Source: the human T2T-CHM13v2.0 reference genome, Homo sapiens. From it: a DNA stretch of 64,000 nt. Shown piece by piece: positions 63,820 to 64,000 of this stretch. Where the stretch lies: assembly GCF_009914755.1 (NCBI RefSeq), contig NC_060928.1. The stretch is one strand, 5' to 3'. Every line of letters starts with the position of its first letter. Within the stretch, counting starts at the first letter, position 1. A program made the translations under genes and the position numbers. A model generated the notes under the pieces. That model saw only the letters and a list, made by a program, of their open reading frames with translations, ran no database searches and was not told the origin of the DNA.

Positions 63820-64000
63820 AAAAAAATTATTGTGGTAAAATACATATAACGTAAACTTACCATTTTAATAACTGTTAATTACCTTCACAATGTTCTACAA
63901 ACATCAGCACTATCTAGTTACAGAACATTTTTTATCACCCCAAAGGAAACCCTGTAAGCAGTCACTCTCCCTTTTCCCTCCCCTCAGCCCCTGGCAACCA
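63820..64000 (-). mobile_element. L1M 3' end fragment
   Basis: TTATTGTGGTAAAATACATATAAC...CAGAACATTTTTTATCACCCCAAA. Confidence 0.7.

Overview
Primate genomic DNA, most likely human chr4q31. Bases 1-23036 hold the 3' half of EDNRA (endothelin receptor type A) on the + strand: the end of intron 3, coding exons 4-8 with canonical AG/GT boundaries, a ~2.3 kb 3'UTR and its poly(A) signal. The remaining ~41 kb is repeat-rich intergenic DNA with about 30 Alus, MaLR/ERV1/ERVL LTRs, a complete THE1 provirus nested in an MST LTR, a decayed ERVL gag-pro-pol, and L1, L2, MIR and hAT relics. Nearly all ORF-track entries are repeat artefacts, and I found no new protein-coding system. The most unusual structures are: (1) an apparent chimeric provirus with an ERVL (MLT2) LTR at one end and a MaLR (MLT1A) interior and LTR at the other, inside one near-perfect target-site duplication; (2) several locally templated direct or inverted insertions that look like DNA-repair scars, one preserving the empty site of an Alu; (3) a duplicated CArG box and splice-donor module in EDNRA intron 3. 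Repeat subfamily names are recalled by eye and need RepeatMasker/Dfam confirmation. Coordinates of old repeats are approximate.
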